A stretch of DNA of 64,000 bases from Candidatus Moranbacteria bacterium GW2011_GWC2_40_12 (GTDB lineage: Bacteria > Patescibacteriota > Minisyncoccia > Moranbacterales > UBA11712), in NCBI GenBank assembly GCA_000995965.1, contig LBYD01000002.1, forward strand, positions 199,889-263,888, given 5' to 3'. Below are positions 48,545 to 56,891 of this stretch, piece by piece. How positions within the stretch are numbered: position 1 is the stretch's first letter; every line of letters begins with the position of its first letter. Below the pieces are notes generated by a model. It was not told where the DNA came from and did not search any database. It saw nothing but the letters and a program-made list of their open reading frames with translations. Made by a program: the position numbers and the translations under genes.

Positions 48545-49624
48545 ATGAACAAAAAAATCAATCTTGCGGTCATCTTTGGCGGGCGGTCTGGAGAGCATGA
48601 AGTTTCGCTTTCCTCGGCGCGGGGAGTGATGAAAAATCTGGACAAGGAAAAATATAATGTGATTCCGATCGCGATAACGAAGAAAGGGAACTGGCTGATC
48701 GGGGACAAAGGAAAAAAATACATCGAAATGAACGAGGATAAGATCGGAAAAGAAGGGGCGATCAGCCTTGAAGAATCGCAGAGCCTTGTAACAATAAAAG
48801 ATGACGACAGAAGTTTGGCCAATTACGCGGAAGGAAACGCGGGAGCGAAAATTGATTTGGTTTTTCCGATTCTCCACGGACCGTTTGGCGAGGATGGTAG
48901 GCTGCAAGGGATGCTTGATATGCTTGGCATGCCATATGTTTTTTCGGGAGTGCTGGCGCACGCGATCGGAATGAACAAACCGAAAGCCAAAATCATTGCC
49001 GCAAAGTTTGGAGTGCCGGTGCCAAAAGATATCGTTATAAAAAAAGAAGAGAAGCGTGATCTTGACGAAATAACTGAAAAACTGTCGCTTCCCATGATGG
49101 TGAAGCCGTCGGAGCTGGGCTCCTCGGTCGGAATATCTCTCGTGAAAACAAAAGAAGAATTGGAGAGGGGAATTGAAGACGCATTTTCGCATGGAGACGA
49201 AGTAATTTTGGAGCAGTATATAAAAGGAAGAGAGTTTACGGTGACAGTAATGGGAAATGAAAGGCCTGAAGCTTTGGCTATCACTGAAATTATTCCCGTC
49301 GTTTCCGAATTTTATGACTATAAAGCCAAATACGAAGACGGCGGATCAAAGCATGTTTGCCCGGCCGAAATTTCAAAAGAGGATGAAGAAAAACTCAAGG
49401 GCTATGCCGCAGCCACTTTCAAGGCGATTGGCTGCGCTGACCTTGCCCGAGTCGATTTTCTCTGGGATGAGAAAAAAAATGAATATTATTTCACCGACAT
49501 CAACACCATTCCCGGCATGACCCCAACGAGCCTTGCGCCTGAAGCGGCGGCTCTCGCCGGCATGAATTTCACGCAGTTTTTGGATGCGCTGATTGAAGGG
49601 GCGATGAAACGCGTGAGAAAATAA
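48545..49624 (+). CDS. ddl: D-alanine--D-alanine ligase
   Basis: FGGRSGEHEVS, LHGPFGEDG, GSSVG, FYDYKAKY, NTIPGMT. Confidence 0.96.
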   Translation: MNKKINLAVIFGGRSGEHEVSLSSARGVMKNLDKEKYNVIPIAITKKGNWLIGDKGKKYIEMNEDKIGKEGAISLEESQSLVTIKDDDRSLANYAEGNAGAKIDLVFPILHGPFGEDGRLQGMLDMLGMPYVFSGVLAHAIGMNKPKAKIIAAKFGVPVPKDIVIKKEEKRDLDEITEKLSLPMMVKPSELGSSVGISLVKTKEELERGIEDAFSHGDEVILEQYIKGREFTVTVMGNERPEALAITEIIPVVSEFYDYKAKYEDGGSKHVCPAEISKEDEEKLKGYAAATFKAIGCADLARVDFLWDEKKNEYYFTDINTIPGMTPTSLAPEAAALAGMNFTQFLDALIEGAMKRVRK

Positions 49625-49666
49625 TCAACATTTGGAATTTAGCCAATCACATGATAAACTTTTTGT

Positions 49667-49861
49667 ATGAATACGGTGACAAAAGAATCAGTAATAGCCC
49701 AGGAAGTGCAAGACAAAATTTTTCGCCGGATGCCGGTGGAGAAAAAGCTTGAAATGCTTGGCGATTTTTACTATTTAGCAAAAGATTTAAATCGGATTGG
49801 CGATAAAAATGGATCAGCTGACACTTCTAAAAAAAATCACAAAAACATTAGGCGATCTTGA
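49667..49861 (+). CDS. Small hypothetical protein preceding the nucleotidyltransferase
   Basis: 64 aa, RRMPVEKKL motif; overlaps the next gene. Confidence 0.6.
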   Translation: MNTVTKESVIAQEVQDKIFRRMPVEKKLEMLGDFYYLAKDLNRIGDKNGSADTSKKNHKNIRRS

Positions 49862-50360
49862 GGTTCCATATCTCGTCACTGGAGGGGTGGCGGTGACTGT
49901 CTGGGGCCGGCCGCGCTTCACGGCGGATATTGATATTGTCATCGAAATATCCTTGCCGCAATCAAAAAATCTGATCAAGGTTCTGCGAAAGATTAATAAG
50001 AAAATTTATCTTAGCGAAACGGCAGTCAACCAAGCCATTCATAACAGCGGGGAATTCAATCTCATTCATCCGGATGGATTGAAAGTTGATTTTTGGATTT
50101 TAGAGAACGATATTTTTGATCGATCTCGCTTAAAAAGAAAGATAACAAAAAAAGTCTGGGGGGAAAATATCTCATTTATCTCTCCAGAAGATCTAATTAT
50201 TTCTAAACTTGATTGGTATAAAAAAAGCCGTTCCACGCGGCATTTGGAAGATGTCGAATCTGTCATAGCAATCCAAAAAAAAATGGACTGGAGATATATC
50301 AGAAAATGGGTGAGGATCCAATCAACGGAAAAATACTTGAAACTGATTTTGAAAAAATAA
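49809..50360 (+). CDS. Nucleotidyltransferase-fold protein (AbiEii/DUF6036-like)
   Basis: YLVTGGVA, PRFTADIDI, SPEDLIISKL, RHLEDV. Confidence 0.8.
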   Translation: MDQLTLLKKITKTLGDLEVPYLVTGGVAVTVWGRPRFTADIDIVIEISLPQSKNLIKVLRKINKKIYLSETAVNQAIHNSGEFNLIHPDGLKVDFWILENDIFDRSRLKRKITKKVWGENISFISPEDLIISKLDWYKKSRSTRHLEDVESVIAIQKKMDWRYIRKWVRIQSTEKYLKLILKK

Positions 50361-50435
50361 GGAAAGATTTCGAAAGTGCTCAAATTTATCCATATGGATA
50401 TAAATGAGCACTTTTTTTATTTTGTAATAATGGAT

Positions 50436-50461
50436 GCACCAGTATACCAGTTTACTGGTGT
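50436..50461. repeat. 26-bp palindromic motif; second copy at 59464-59489
   Basis: gcaccagtataccagtttactggtgt versus gcaccagtataccagtttactagtgt. Confidence 0.75.
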
Positions 50462-50560
50462 GAGGATTCGCGGGCCATTGTTTCAGGTTGTGATTTTCCA
50501 AAAAGAAAAACCCCAACCGCCGCGAGGGCAAGTTGGGGATAATTTAGGGCATTCAACCCT

Positions 50561-51082
50561 TTAAGATCTCAGTTCCATTTCTTGTTTTGCAATTTTCTTT
50601 TCTAGGTTGGTTAGATCTTCCTTTTCGCAAACCAGCCTTTCCTTGAGCCGAAGAACTTCGCGGATTTTGCAAAGTTTTTCCGCTAGTCTTCCCCCATCAT
50701 CAGTTGTTAAGGTATCTTGAACCAGAGGATCGAGAATGTCCGCAAACTCTGGTCTCTCCTTTATGATGGCTTGCGCATTTTGCGCAACCACTTCGGGAAG
50801 ATTTTCTTTCTCGGTTATGAGCGCTATAGACTTAATAAGCAGAAAAAACGACAAAGTGAACAAGGGAATCAGCCAATAGATTAAGTATTGGTCCAATGAA
50901 AGGGAAGCTAACAGGCTACCAACGGCTGCCTGCTCCGAAAGCTCCTTGTTCGACAGCGTGAGCTTGTAAAGAAGCAGCATCCCACTAACATCCGCAGCCG
51001 CAACAGAAACAGCAACAATAACAACCCTGATCCAAACGGCTGACCTCAACACCCATTTTTGCCAAGGCTTTAGTGTTTTCAT
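50561..51082 (-). CDS. Hypothetical membrane protein with C-terminal coiled coil
   Basis: SD aaaggag; two TM segments. Confidence 0.75.
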   Translation of the reverse strand: MKTLKPWQKWVLRSAVWIRVVIVAVSVAAADVSGMLLLYKLTLSNKELSEQAAVGSLLASLSLDQYLIYWLIPLFTLSFFLLIKSIALITEKENLPEVVAQNAQAIIKERPEFADILDPLVQDTLTTDDGGRLAEKLCKIREVLRLKERLVCEKEDLTNLEKKIAKQEMELRS

Positions 51083-51111
51083 GGCAGTCTCCTTTCGTTA
51101 GTTTGCAGTAT

Positions 51112-51204
51112 TTATCCTGCGAGCAGGTTCAACAACCAATGTATCAAAATCCAAATACCACCCAAACTCATACCGATTATAAAATACCATCCATGCGGTC
51201 GCAT
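51112..51204 (-). CDS. Putative 30-aa membrane peptide
   Basis: SD aggag followed by MRPHGWYFIIGMSLGGIWILIHWLLNLLAG. Confidence 0.45.
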   Translation of the reverse strand: MRPHGWYFIIGMSLGGIWILIHWLLNLLAG

Positions 51205-51393
51205 ATGCGCATTCTCCTGTTATCAAAGAATTTGCCAAACTATTTTTAGCCTGACTGGCTATTATATAAGATTATTCTATAGTAGTCAATAATAATATTA
51301 GTATATATTATTTATAATGGCTTATATAAAGCATTACTAAATATATTTGTCATAATTATTGACAATATGGCTATATTTTGCTAGGCTACTGGC

Positions 51394-52134
51394 ATGGACA
51401 ATGACCTATTGAAAACAATCGAATCCATCGGTTTTCGGCCGAAAGAATCGCAGGTATATTTGGCGCTTTTGGAATTGGGCACGGGAACTGTGTCGCAGAT
51501 AGCAAAAACGGCCGAGCTTAAGCGACCAGTGACTTATATAATTCTTGAAAACTTGATTGGGCAGGGATACGCGACGCAAGTTCCCGGAGGGAAAATAAAT
51601 CGCTATCAGGCAATCGATCCGTCGGCGATTCTCATTCGCCAAAAAACAAATCTCAAAAATTTTTCCGAAATGCTTCCCCTGCTTCAGACACTGCATAACA
51701 AGGGAAAACAGCGGCCGAAGATTCATTATGTCGAAACAAAAGAAGGAATAGAAGATATTTATGAAAGTCTGAATTACGCGAAGGAAGCTTTCTATGTCTC
51801 CTCCTATAAAAAACTTCATGAGCATTTTCCAAAAAAAGTTGAAGAGTGGATGAAAGACTATGGCAAGGGAATATACAATGTGGATGCCAAGCATATCATT
51901 CCGGACGATCCCGAAGAATTGAAATTCGGAAAAACATATGCCGAAAGCGGTCAGAAAGTCAGAATTTTGCCAAAACAAAAAAATTTCGATACGGATATTG
52001 TTTTAACAGAGAATAAATTTTCGGTATCTTCGCTTGAAGAAGAACCCTTTTTGGTTTTGATAGAATCAGAAAAACTGGCAAAGTCTCTCAAGCCGCTTTT
52101 CGAAATAATTTGGGAAGCGAGCCGGGAAATTTGA
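51394..52134 (+). CDS. TrmB family transcriptional regulator
   Basis: N-terminal wHTH (ESQVYLALLELG...RPVTY) and effector domain. Confidence 0.88.
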   Translation: MDNDLLKTIESIGFRPKESQVYLALLELGTGTVSQIAKTAELKRPVTYIILENLIGQGYATQVPGGKINRYQAIDPSAILIRQKTNLKNFSEMLPLLQTLHNKGKQRPKIHYVETKEGIEDIYESLNYAKEAFYVSSYKKLHEHFPKKVEEWMKDYGKGIYNVDAKHIIPDDPEELKFGKTYAESGQKVRILPKQKNFDTDIVLTENKFSVSSLEEEPFLVLIESEKLAKSLKPLFEIIWEASREI

Positions 52135-52164
52135 AATATATCTTTGCCGTGTTAGGATAAATTT

Positions 52165-53736
52165 ATGGTCAAGAAAATTCCGAAACCCATAATCGAAATT
52201 ATCCAAAAACTCGAAGCCGCTGGTTTTGAGGCTTTTGTCGTGGGCGGGTGCGTTCGGGACTTGCTGATGGGCGTTGAGCCCAAGGATTGGGACGTGACGA
52301 CAAACGCAAAGCCGGAGGAAGTATCAAAATTATTTCCGGATAGTTTTTATGAGAACAAGTTTGGGACGGTAGGTGTAAAGATTCCGAAGCTTACGAATCA
52401 AAGCTCGGCTTTACCCTCGCGAGAGCGGAGCTCTCGCGATTCCTCAAAGCCAAGCTTTTCAGAAGTTGTTGAAGTGACAACCTATCGAATCGAAAGCAAG
52501 TATTTGGACAAGCGGCATCCGGATGAGGTGCGGTTCGCGAAGACGCTCGAAGAGGATTTATCGAGGCGGGATTTTACGATCAATGCGCTGGCACTTAAAA
52601 TCGTTAATTCTGATTTTGAAATAGTGGATCTCTTCGATGGCCAGAAAGATCAGAAGAAAAATATAATTCGGGCAGTGGGAAATGCGAACGAGCGTTTTGA
52701 TGAGGATGCGCTTCGAATGATGCGGGCAATTCGTTTTGCGACAACACTCACAAATGAAAGCGAAGTAAAGCGAAGCAGAGCGAATAGTGGCCCAAGAAAA
52801 TTAGCAAAGAAAACACCATTTGAGATTGAAGAAAAAACGAAAAAAGCAATTGCAAAGAATGCGAAAAACTTGAAACATATCGCTCTCGAAAGAATCCAGG
52901 ATGAGCTGAACAAAATCATGCTGTCTGATTTTGCGGCGGAAGGAATTGAACTTTTGCGCGAACTAAAATTATTGCAATATATCATTTCCGAGCTTGAGAA
53001 AGGCTATGGCGTCGGCCAAAACCGGCACCATATCTATACCATCTGGGAGCACTCGATTTTGTCCCTCAAAAATTGCCCGTCGGAAAAGTTGGAAGTTAGA
53101 TTAGCAACCCTTTTACATGACATTGCGAAGCCCGATACGAAAAGAGGCGAAGGCGCTTATTCGACATTCTATAATCACGACCATGTCGGAGCGCGGGTGG
53201 TCGAAAAAATTTTGAAACGCTTGAAATATTCTTCGGACATAATCAAAAAAGTTCGATTGCTTGTCGATAATCATATGTTCTACTACAACGTTGAGGAAGT
53301 GGGGGCTTCGAGTGTGCGGCGCCTCGTGAAAAAAGTGGGACTTGAAAACATCGATGACCTCATTGATCTTCGCGTGGGTGACCGGCTGGGAAGCGGCGTG
53401 CCCAAAGCCGTGCCGTACAAGCTCCGCCATTTCAAATATATGGTCGACAAGATTTCAAGCGACCCGCTCTCGGTCAAAATGCTGAAAGTCAACGGCAACG
53501 ATTTGATGCGTGAATTGAAACTCAAACCAGGCCCGATGCTCGGAGCGATTTTAGACGTGCTTCTTTCGGAAGTTATAGAAAATCCAGAGGAAAACAAAAA
53601 AGATATATTGCTGAACCGAGCGAAAGAACTCGCAAAAGAAAACTTGACGAAACTTCGTGAGATGGCGAAGGAGAAAATTGAAGAGAAAAAAGAAGAAGAA
53701 GACAAAGAGATTAAGAGCAAGTATTGGGTCAAGTGA
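52165..53736 (+). CDS. cca: tRNA nucleotidyltransferase (CCA-adding family) with HD domain
   Basis: VGGCVRD, KDWDV, RRDFTINA, EDALRMMRA, LLHDIAKP; two repeat-like insertions. Confidence 0.94.
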   Translation: MVKKIPKPIIEIIQKLEAAGFEAFVVGGCVRDLLMGVEPKDWDVTTNAKPEEVSKLFPDSFYENKFGTVGVKIPKLTNQSSALPSRERSSRDSSKPSFSEVVEVTTYRIESKYLDKRHPDEVRFAKTLEEDLSRRDFTINALALKIVNSDFEIVDLFDGQKDQKKNIIRAVGNANERFDEDALRMMRAIRFATTLTNESEVKRSRANSGPRKLAKKTPFEIEEKTKKAIAKNAKNLKHIALERIQDELNKIMLSDFAAEGIELLRELKLLQYIISELEKGYGVGQNRHHIYTIWEHSILSLKNCPSEKLEVRLATLLHDIAKPDTKRGEGAYSTFYNHDHVGARVVEKILKRLKYSSDIIKKVRLLVDNHMFYYNVEEVGASSVRRLVKKVGLENIDDLIDLRVGDRLGSGVPKAVPYKLRHFKYMVDKISSDPLSVKMLKVNGNDLMRELKLKPGPMLGAILDVLLSEVIENPEENKKDILLNRAKELAKENLTKLREMAKEKIEEKKEEEDKEIKSKYWVK

Positions 53737-53863
53737 ATGCAAATCTCAAAATGAAAAATGACAATGAAAAATGTAAAATTTTTGAATAATAAAATGATTT
53801 TGGCATTTAATCACTTTGAATTTTGAATTGTAATTTCACATTTTGATTTTTTAATTTTGCATT
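53737..53863. repeat. Inverted heptamer-array element, family A
   Basis: aaatgacaatgaaaaatgtaaaatt ... ttgtaatttcacattttgattttttaattttgca. Confidence 0.75.
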
Positions 53864-53869
53864 TTTATT

Positions 53870-54478
53870 GTGGCTTTTCAAATATCCCACGTTGTCTACG
53901 CGAAAAAATATCTTGAACAACATCCCGGAATGAATGCCGATTTATTTTTGCTGGGAACATTGCTTCCGGATGTCCGGCGGGTGACAGATGAAGTCAAAAG
54001 AAAGGACACGCATGTGCTGCATGAGGAACTCAATCTTGAGTTTCACGGAGCCACGGCATTTGAGGCCGGATGGAAATTCCATCTCTGGTGCGATATGCGG
54101 CGGGAAGATATTCTAAACAAGCACGGATTTTATTCGCTTAAATATACGACTGCGCTTGATTCAGTGAATAAATTGCTTGAGGACGAATTGGTTTATGAAA
54201 AATACCAAAATTGGGAGAAGCTGCGCTGGCTTCTCAACAATCCGCCGGAAATAAAAACCGGTCTCGATGTCGCGCAGGAAACCATCGGGCGCTGGTATGC
54301 TATTCTTGCCAAATACTTTGAAAAAAAACCGGATGAAAAAACAATGCGCGCGTTTTTGTGGAAGCAGAGAAAATTGCGCGGGCAAATAGGCGAAATCATT
54401 GACGCTTTGAAAAAGTTGAGGGAGAATAAAAAGGCAGTGGAAATACTGTCCAAGGTTTCTGAAGAGATATTGGAGTAA
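53870..54478 (+). CDS. Hypothetical protein (zinc-dependent phospholipase C/P1-like fold possible)
   Basis: SH near N-terminus, LGTLLPDV, TH, GWKFHLWCD. Confidence 0.7.
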   Translation: MAFQISHVVYAKKYLEQHPGMNADLFLLGTLLPDVRRVTDEVKRKDTHVLHEELNLEFHGATAFEAGWKFHLWCDMRREDILNKHGFYSLKYTTALDSVNKLLEDELVYEKYQNWEKLRWLLNNPPEIKTGLDVAQETIGRWYAILAKYFEKKPDEKTMRAFLWKQRKLRGQIGEIIDALKKLRENKKAVEILSKVSEEILE

Positions 54479-54492
54479 CATTTTATTTGGGA

Positions 54493-54861
54493 ATGATGAA
54501 AATTTATTTTGGACATTCAAAAGGATTTGATTATAAGAAAGAATTATATGAGCCGATTCGGGAAAGTGAGCTCAACATCCGGCACGAAATTATTTTCCCC
54601 CACGAAAAAAGCGAGATGCCGACGAATTCAAAAGAATTTTTGAAAACATGCGATTTAATGTTTGCCGAACTGTCATATCCCGCGACTGGACTAGGCATTG
54701 AACTTGGATGGGCAGACGCGCTCGGTGTTTCGATTGTCGGAATTTATAAATCCGGTTCGCACGTTTCCAATTCGGTAAAACTTCTGACCAAGAATTTCAT
54801 TGAATATTCCAATTCAGAGGATATGGTGAAAAAAATAGAAAGATTTATCAACGGGCTGTAG
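54493..54861 (+). CDS. Nucleoside 2-deoxyribosyltransferase-like protein
   Basis: KIYFGHS, CDLMFAE, TGLGIELGWA. Confidence 0.75.
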   Translation: MMKIYFGHSKGFDYKKELYEPIRESELNIRHEIIFPHEKSEMPTNSKEFLKTCDLMFAELSYPATGLGIELGWADALGVSIVGIYKSGSHVSNSVKLLTKNFIEYSNSEDMVKKIERFINGL

Positions 54862-54881
54862 TGTATCGGCAACACGCGCGA
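54852..54881 (+). pseudogene. 5' half of a tRNA-Pro-like gene
   Basis: cgggctgtagtgtatcggcaacacgcgcga; stops at the anticodon loop. Confidence 0.7.
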
Positions 54882-54898
54882 CCCGCCCTGTTAAATAT

Positions 54899-55086
54899 CG
54901 GGACATAGTATACCGGTAGTACACACGACGCGCCCCGCACCAAAAATATCGGGCTGTGGTATAGTGGCATTACGCACGATTCGGGTTCGTGTAATCCGAG
55001 TTCGATTCTCGGCAGCCCGAAAGCGGTATTTTGGTGCTAGGGTGAAGGTTCGTGTAGACTGGGTTCGATTCCCAGTGTCCCGACCA
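54899..55086 (+). pseudogene. Outer tRNA-Pro split in its anticodon loop (halves 54899-54928 and 55047-55086)
   Basis: Acceptor CGGGACA/TGTCCCG plus ACCA; D, anticodon (cacga/tcgtg) and T (ctggg/cccag) stems all intact; loop replaced by a 118-nt insert. Confidence 0.9.
54950..55020 (+). tRNA. tRNA-Pro(CGG), nested inner copy
   Basis: Acceptor CGGGCTG/CAGCCCG; cacga-ttCGGgt-tcgtg; T-arm ccgag/ctcgg. Confidence 0.93.
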
Positions 55087-55108
55087 ATCCAAATATTAAA
55101 AGAACATT

Positions 55109-55522
55109 ATGAAAATTGGAGTCATTAGCAGTATGCAAAATTCAGAGAAGATGATAGAAGTATGCAGCACTTTGAAAAAAATGGGGCACATTGCTTTTGC
55201 TTCAAAGTTCGCGCCTTCGATGGTTGGAAAATCAGACGAAGAGAAAGAAAAAATGAAACTGAACCAAAAGTATAATATGGACGCCATTCGAGAATTTTGG
55301 AAAGCAATGCAGGGAGCAGACGCCGTGTTAGTTTTGAATCTTGATAAAAATGGGATGAAGAACTACATCGGCGGAAATACTTTTTTGGAAATGGGATTCG
55401 CTCATGTATTAAACCAAAAAATATTTTTATATAATCCCATTCCCGAAAATCCATTTTACCAGACTGAAATTATTGCAATGAATCCGATTGTCATAAGCAG
55501 GGACTTATCTTTGATTAAATAA
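55109..55522 (+). CDS. Hypothetical protein, nucleoside deoxyribosyltransferase-like fold
   Basis: DAVLVLN, YIGGNTFLEMGFA. Confidence 0.75.
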   Translation: MKIGVISSMQNSEKMIEVCSTLKKMGHIAFASKFAPSMVGKSDEEKEKMKLNQKYNMDAIREFWKAMQGADAVLVLNLDKNGMKNYIGGNTFLEMGFAHVLNQKIFLYNPIPENPFYQTEIIAMNPIVISRDLSLIK

Positions 55523-55523
55523 T

Positions 55524-55727
55524 ATGGAATGCCAAAAAGAAAAAAATCTTGAATCTTGCCCTTGCACCTATCCGGGATGCGCGAAAAAAGGATTATGCTG
55601 CGAGTGCGTGAAACATCATCGGGAAAAAGGCGCGCTGCCTGCCTGCTATTTTTCACCCGAAGCCGAGAAAACATACGACCGGTCAATTGAAAATTTTGTG
55701 AGAGACTGGGAAAAATATTCAAAATAA
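55524..55727 (+). CDS. Small Cys-rich protein (DUF6485-like)
   Basis: CPCTYPGC..KGLCCEC..H...LPACYF. Confidence 0.78.
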   Translation: MECQKEKNLESCPCTYPGCAKKGLCCECVKHHREKGALPACYFSPEAEKTYDRSIENFVRDWEKYSK

Positions 55728-55766
55728 TTATTGGAAATATTTGTATTAATATATACAAAGTGTATA

Positions 55767-56108
55767 ATGAAGAAAGACAAGCATAAAAATATGACGGATA
55801 ATAAACAAAAAAGAGATTCAGAAGAACATGGAATAGACTGGAAAGAAAAGATTGAAGGGTATTTGGGGGAATTTGCCAAAAATTTAGCCGGTGGATTTGT
55901 GGAAAGGATTAAGGTTCAGCTTCACAACATATATGTTTCGGCGCAGAAGCATGTTCTTGGGATGTTTTTTATTCTAGTCGGTTTTGTTTTCTCCTTGATC
56001 GCGATTGTAATTTTCATCAACGATCTCATTAAAATCAGCAACGGAATCGGATACGCGGCGGTCGGTTTTTTTGCTTTCGCAGTCGGATTAATTATAATTA
56101 AAAAGTAA
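55767..56108 (+). CDS. Two-TM membrane protein (YqjE/holin-like; start uncertain)
   Basis: Two C-terminal TM helices; paired with the ElaB-like gene. Confidence 0.65.
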   Translation: MKKDKHKNMTDNKQKRDSEEHGIDWKEKIEGYLGEFAKNLAGGFVERIKVQLHNIYVSAQKHVLGMFFILVGFVFSLIAIVIFINDLIKISNGIGYAAVGFFAFAVGLIIIKK

Positions 56109-56115
56109 AAATAAC

Positions 56116-56340
56116 ATGAACAAAAAGGAAGCCAAGAAAAAAGTGGAAACAATGAAAAATAACGTGAAAGTTTTCGCGCAGAAGGAGCTTGCCAAAGCCA
56201 AAGCTGAAATGGCGAAAGCGGGAAAGAAAGTGGAAGAATACGTGAAAAAGAATCCGGAAAAAGCGGCCATCATCTCGGCCGGCATCGGCGCGGCACTTGG
56301 AGCGGCGATTGCAGCATTGATTGTCAGGAAGAAAAAATAA
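56116..56340 (+). CDS. ElaB/YqjD/DUF883-like tail-anchored protein
   Basis: YVKKNP followed by C-terminal TM and basic tail. Confidence 0.75.
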   Translation: MNKKEAKKKVETMKNNVKVFAQKELAKAKAEMAKAGKKVEEYVKKNPEKAAIISAGIGAALGAAIAALIVRKKK

Positions 56341-56363
56341 ATCAAAAAAAATTGAATATGGCG

Positions 56364-56391
56364 AACTCCGGCTAAAAAAAGCCGGAGTTTT
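56364..56391 (+). terminator. Intrinsic terminator
   Basis: aactccggct / agccggagtt followed by T-tract. Confidence 0.65.
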
Positions 56392-56443
56392 ACTTTTTCA
56401 ATGATATTCGTTAGTATTTTATTGTTACATTAGATGAAGCAAT

Positions 56444-56743
56444 ATGAAATTTGTCATCGAAAATCCATCAACGAGTGTCGCAACTTTTTTCCGCCGGGCA
56501 GGATACGTTTTCCAAAAGCGCGAAGGGGAGGAGATGGCGTTCGTGCGGCGCCTCACCGACCAGCCTTTTCCGCGTTTTCATCTTTTTGTGAAAATTGTGG
56601 ATTATAAATTTTATGTGAATTTTCATATTGACCACAAGGCGGCGAGTTATGAAGGGACGAGCATGCACAGCGGAGAATACGGCGAAGATAGCAAGTTGCT
56701 GCAGGATGAAGCGGAAAGATTGAAAAACTTTTCTAGTGATTAG
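56444..56743 (+). CDS. Conserved hypothetical protein
   Basis: 99 aa; FPRFH, HIDHK, HSGEY motifs. Confidence 0.75.
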   Translation: MKFVIENPSTSVATFFRRAGYVFQKREGEEMAFVRRLTDQPFPRFHLFVKIVDYKFYVNFHIDHKAASYEGTSMHSGEYGEDSKLLQDEAERLKNFSSD

Positions 56744-56753
56744 GATATGTTTT

Positions 56754-56827
56754 GGGCTTATCGTATAGTGGTAATACGCCGCATTCGCATTGCGGAAACG
56801 CGAGTTCGATTCTCGCTAAGTCCACCA
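56754..56827 (+). tRNA. tRNA-Ala(CGC), CCA encoded
   Basis: Acceptor GGGCTTA/TAAGTCC (G3-U70); ccgca-ttCGCat-tgcgg. Confidence 0.93.
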
Positions 56828-56838
56828 AACAGAAAAAT

Positions 56839-56857
56839 GGAGAGGTGCCAGAGTGGT
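56839..56857 (+). pseudogene. 5' fragment of a tRNA-Ser
   Basis: ggagaggtgccagagtggt is a typical tRNA-Ser 5' end through the D-loop GG; 11 nt after tRNA-Ala. Confidence 0.65.
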
Positions 56858-56891
56858 AGATATAATGCTTCTCGTATGGTATGATTGTTGC

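Noticed and set aside
54929-55046. Insert in the outer tRNA-Pro as a group I or BHB intron
   Set aside because: No P/Q/R/S core, no evident bulge-helix-bulge, and no junction restores a U33-NGG loop.
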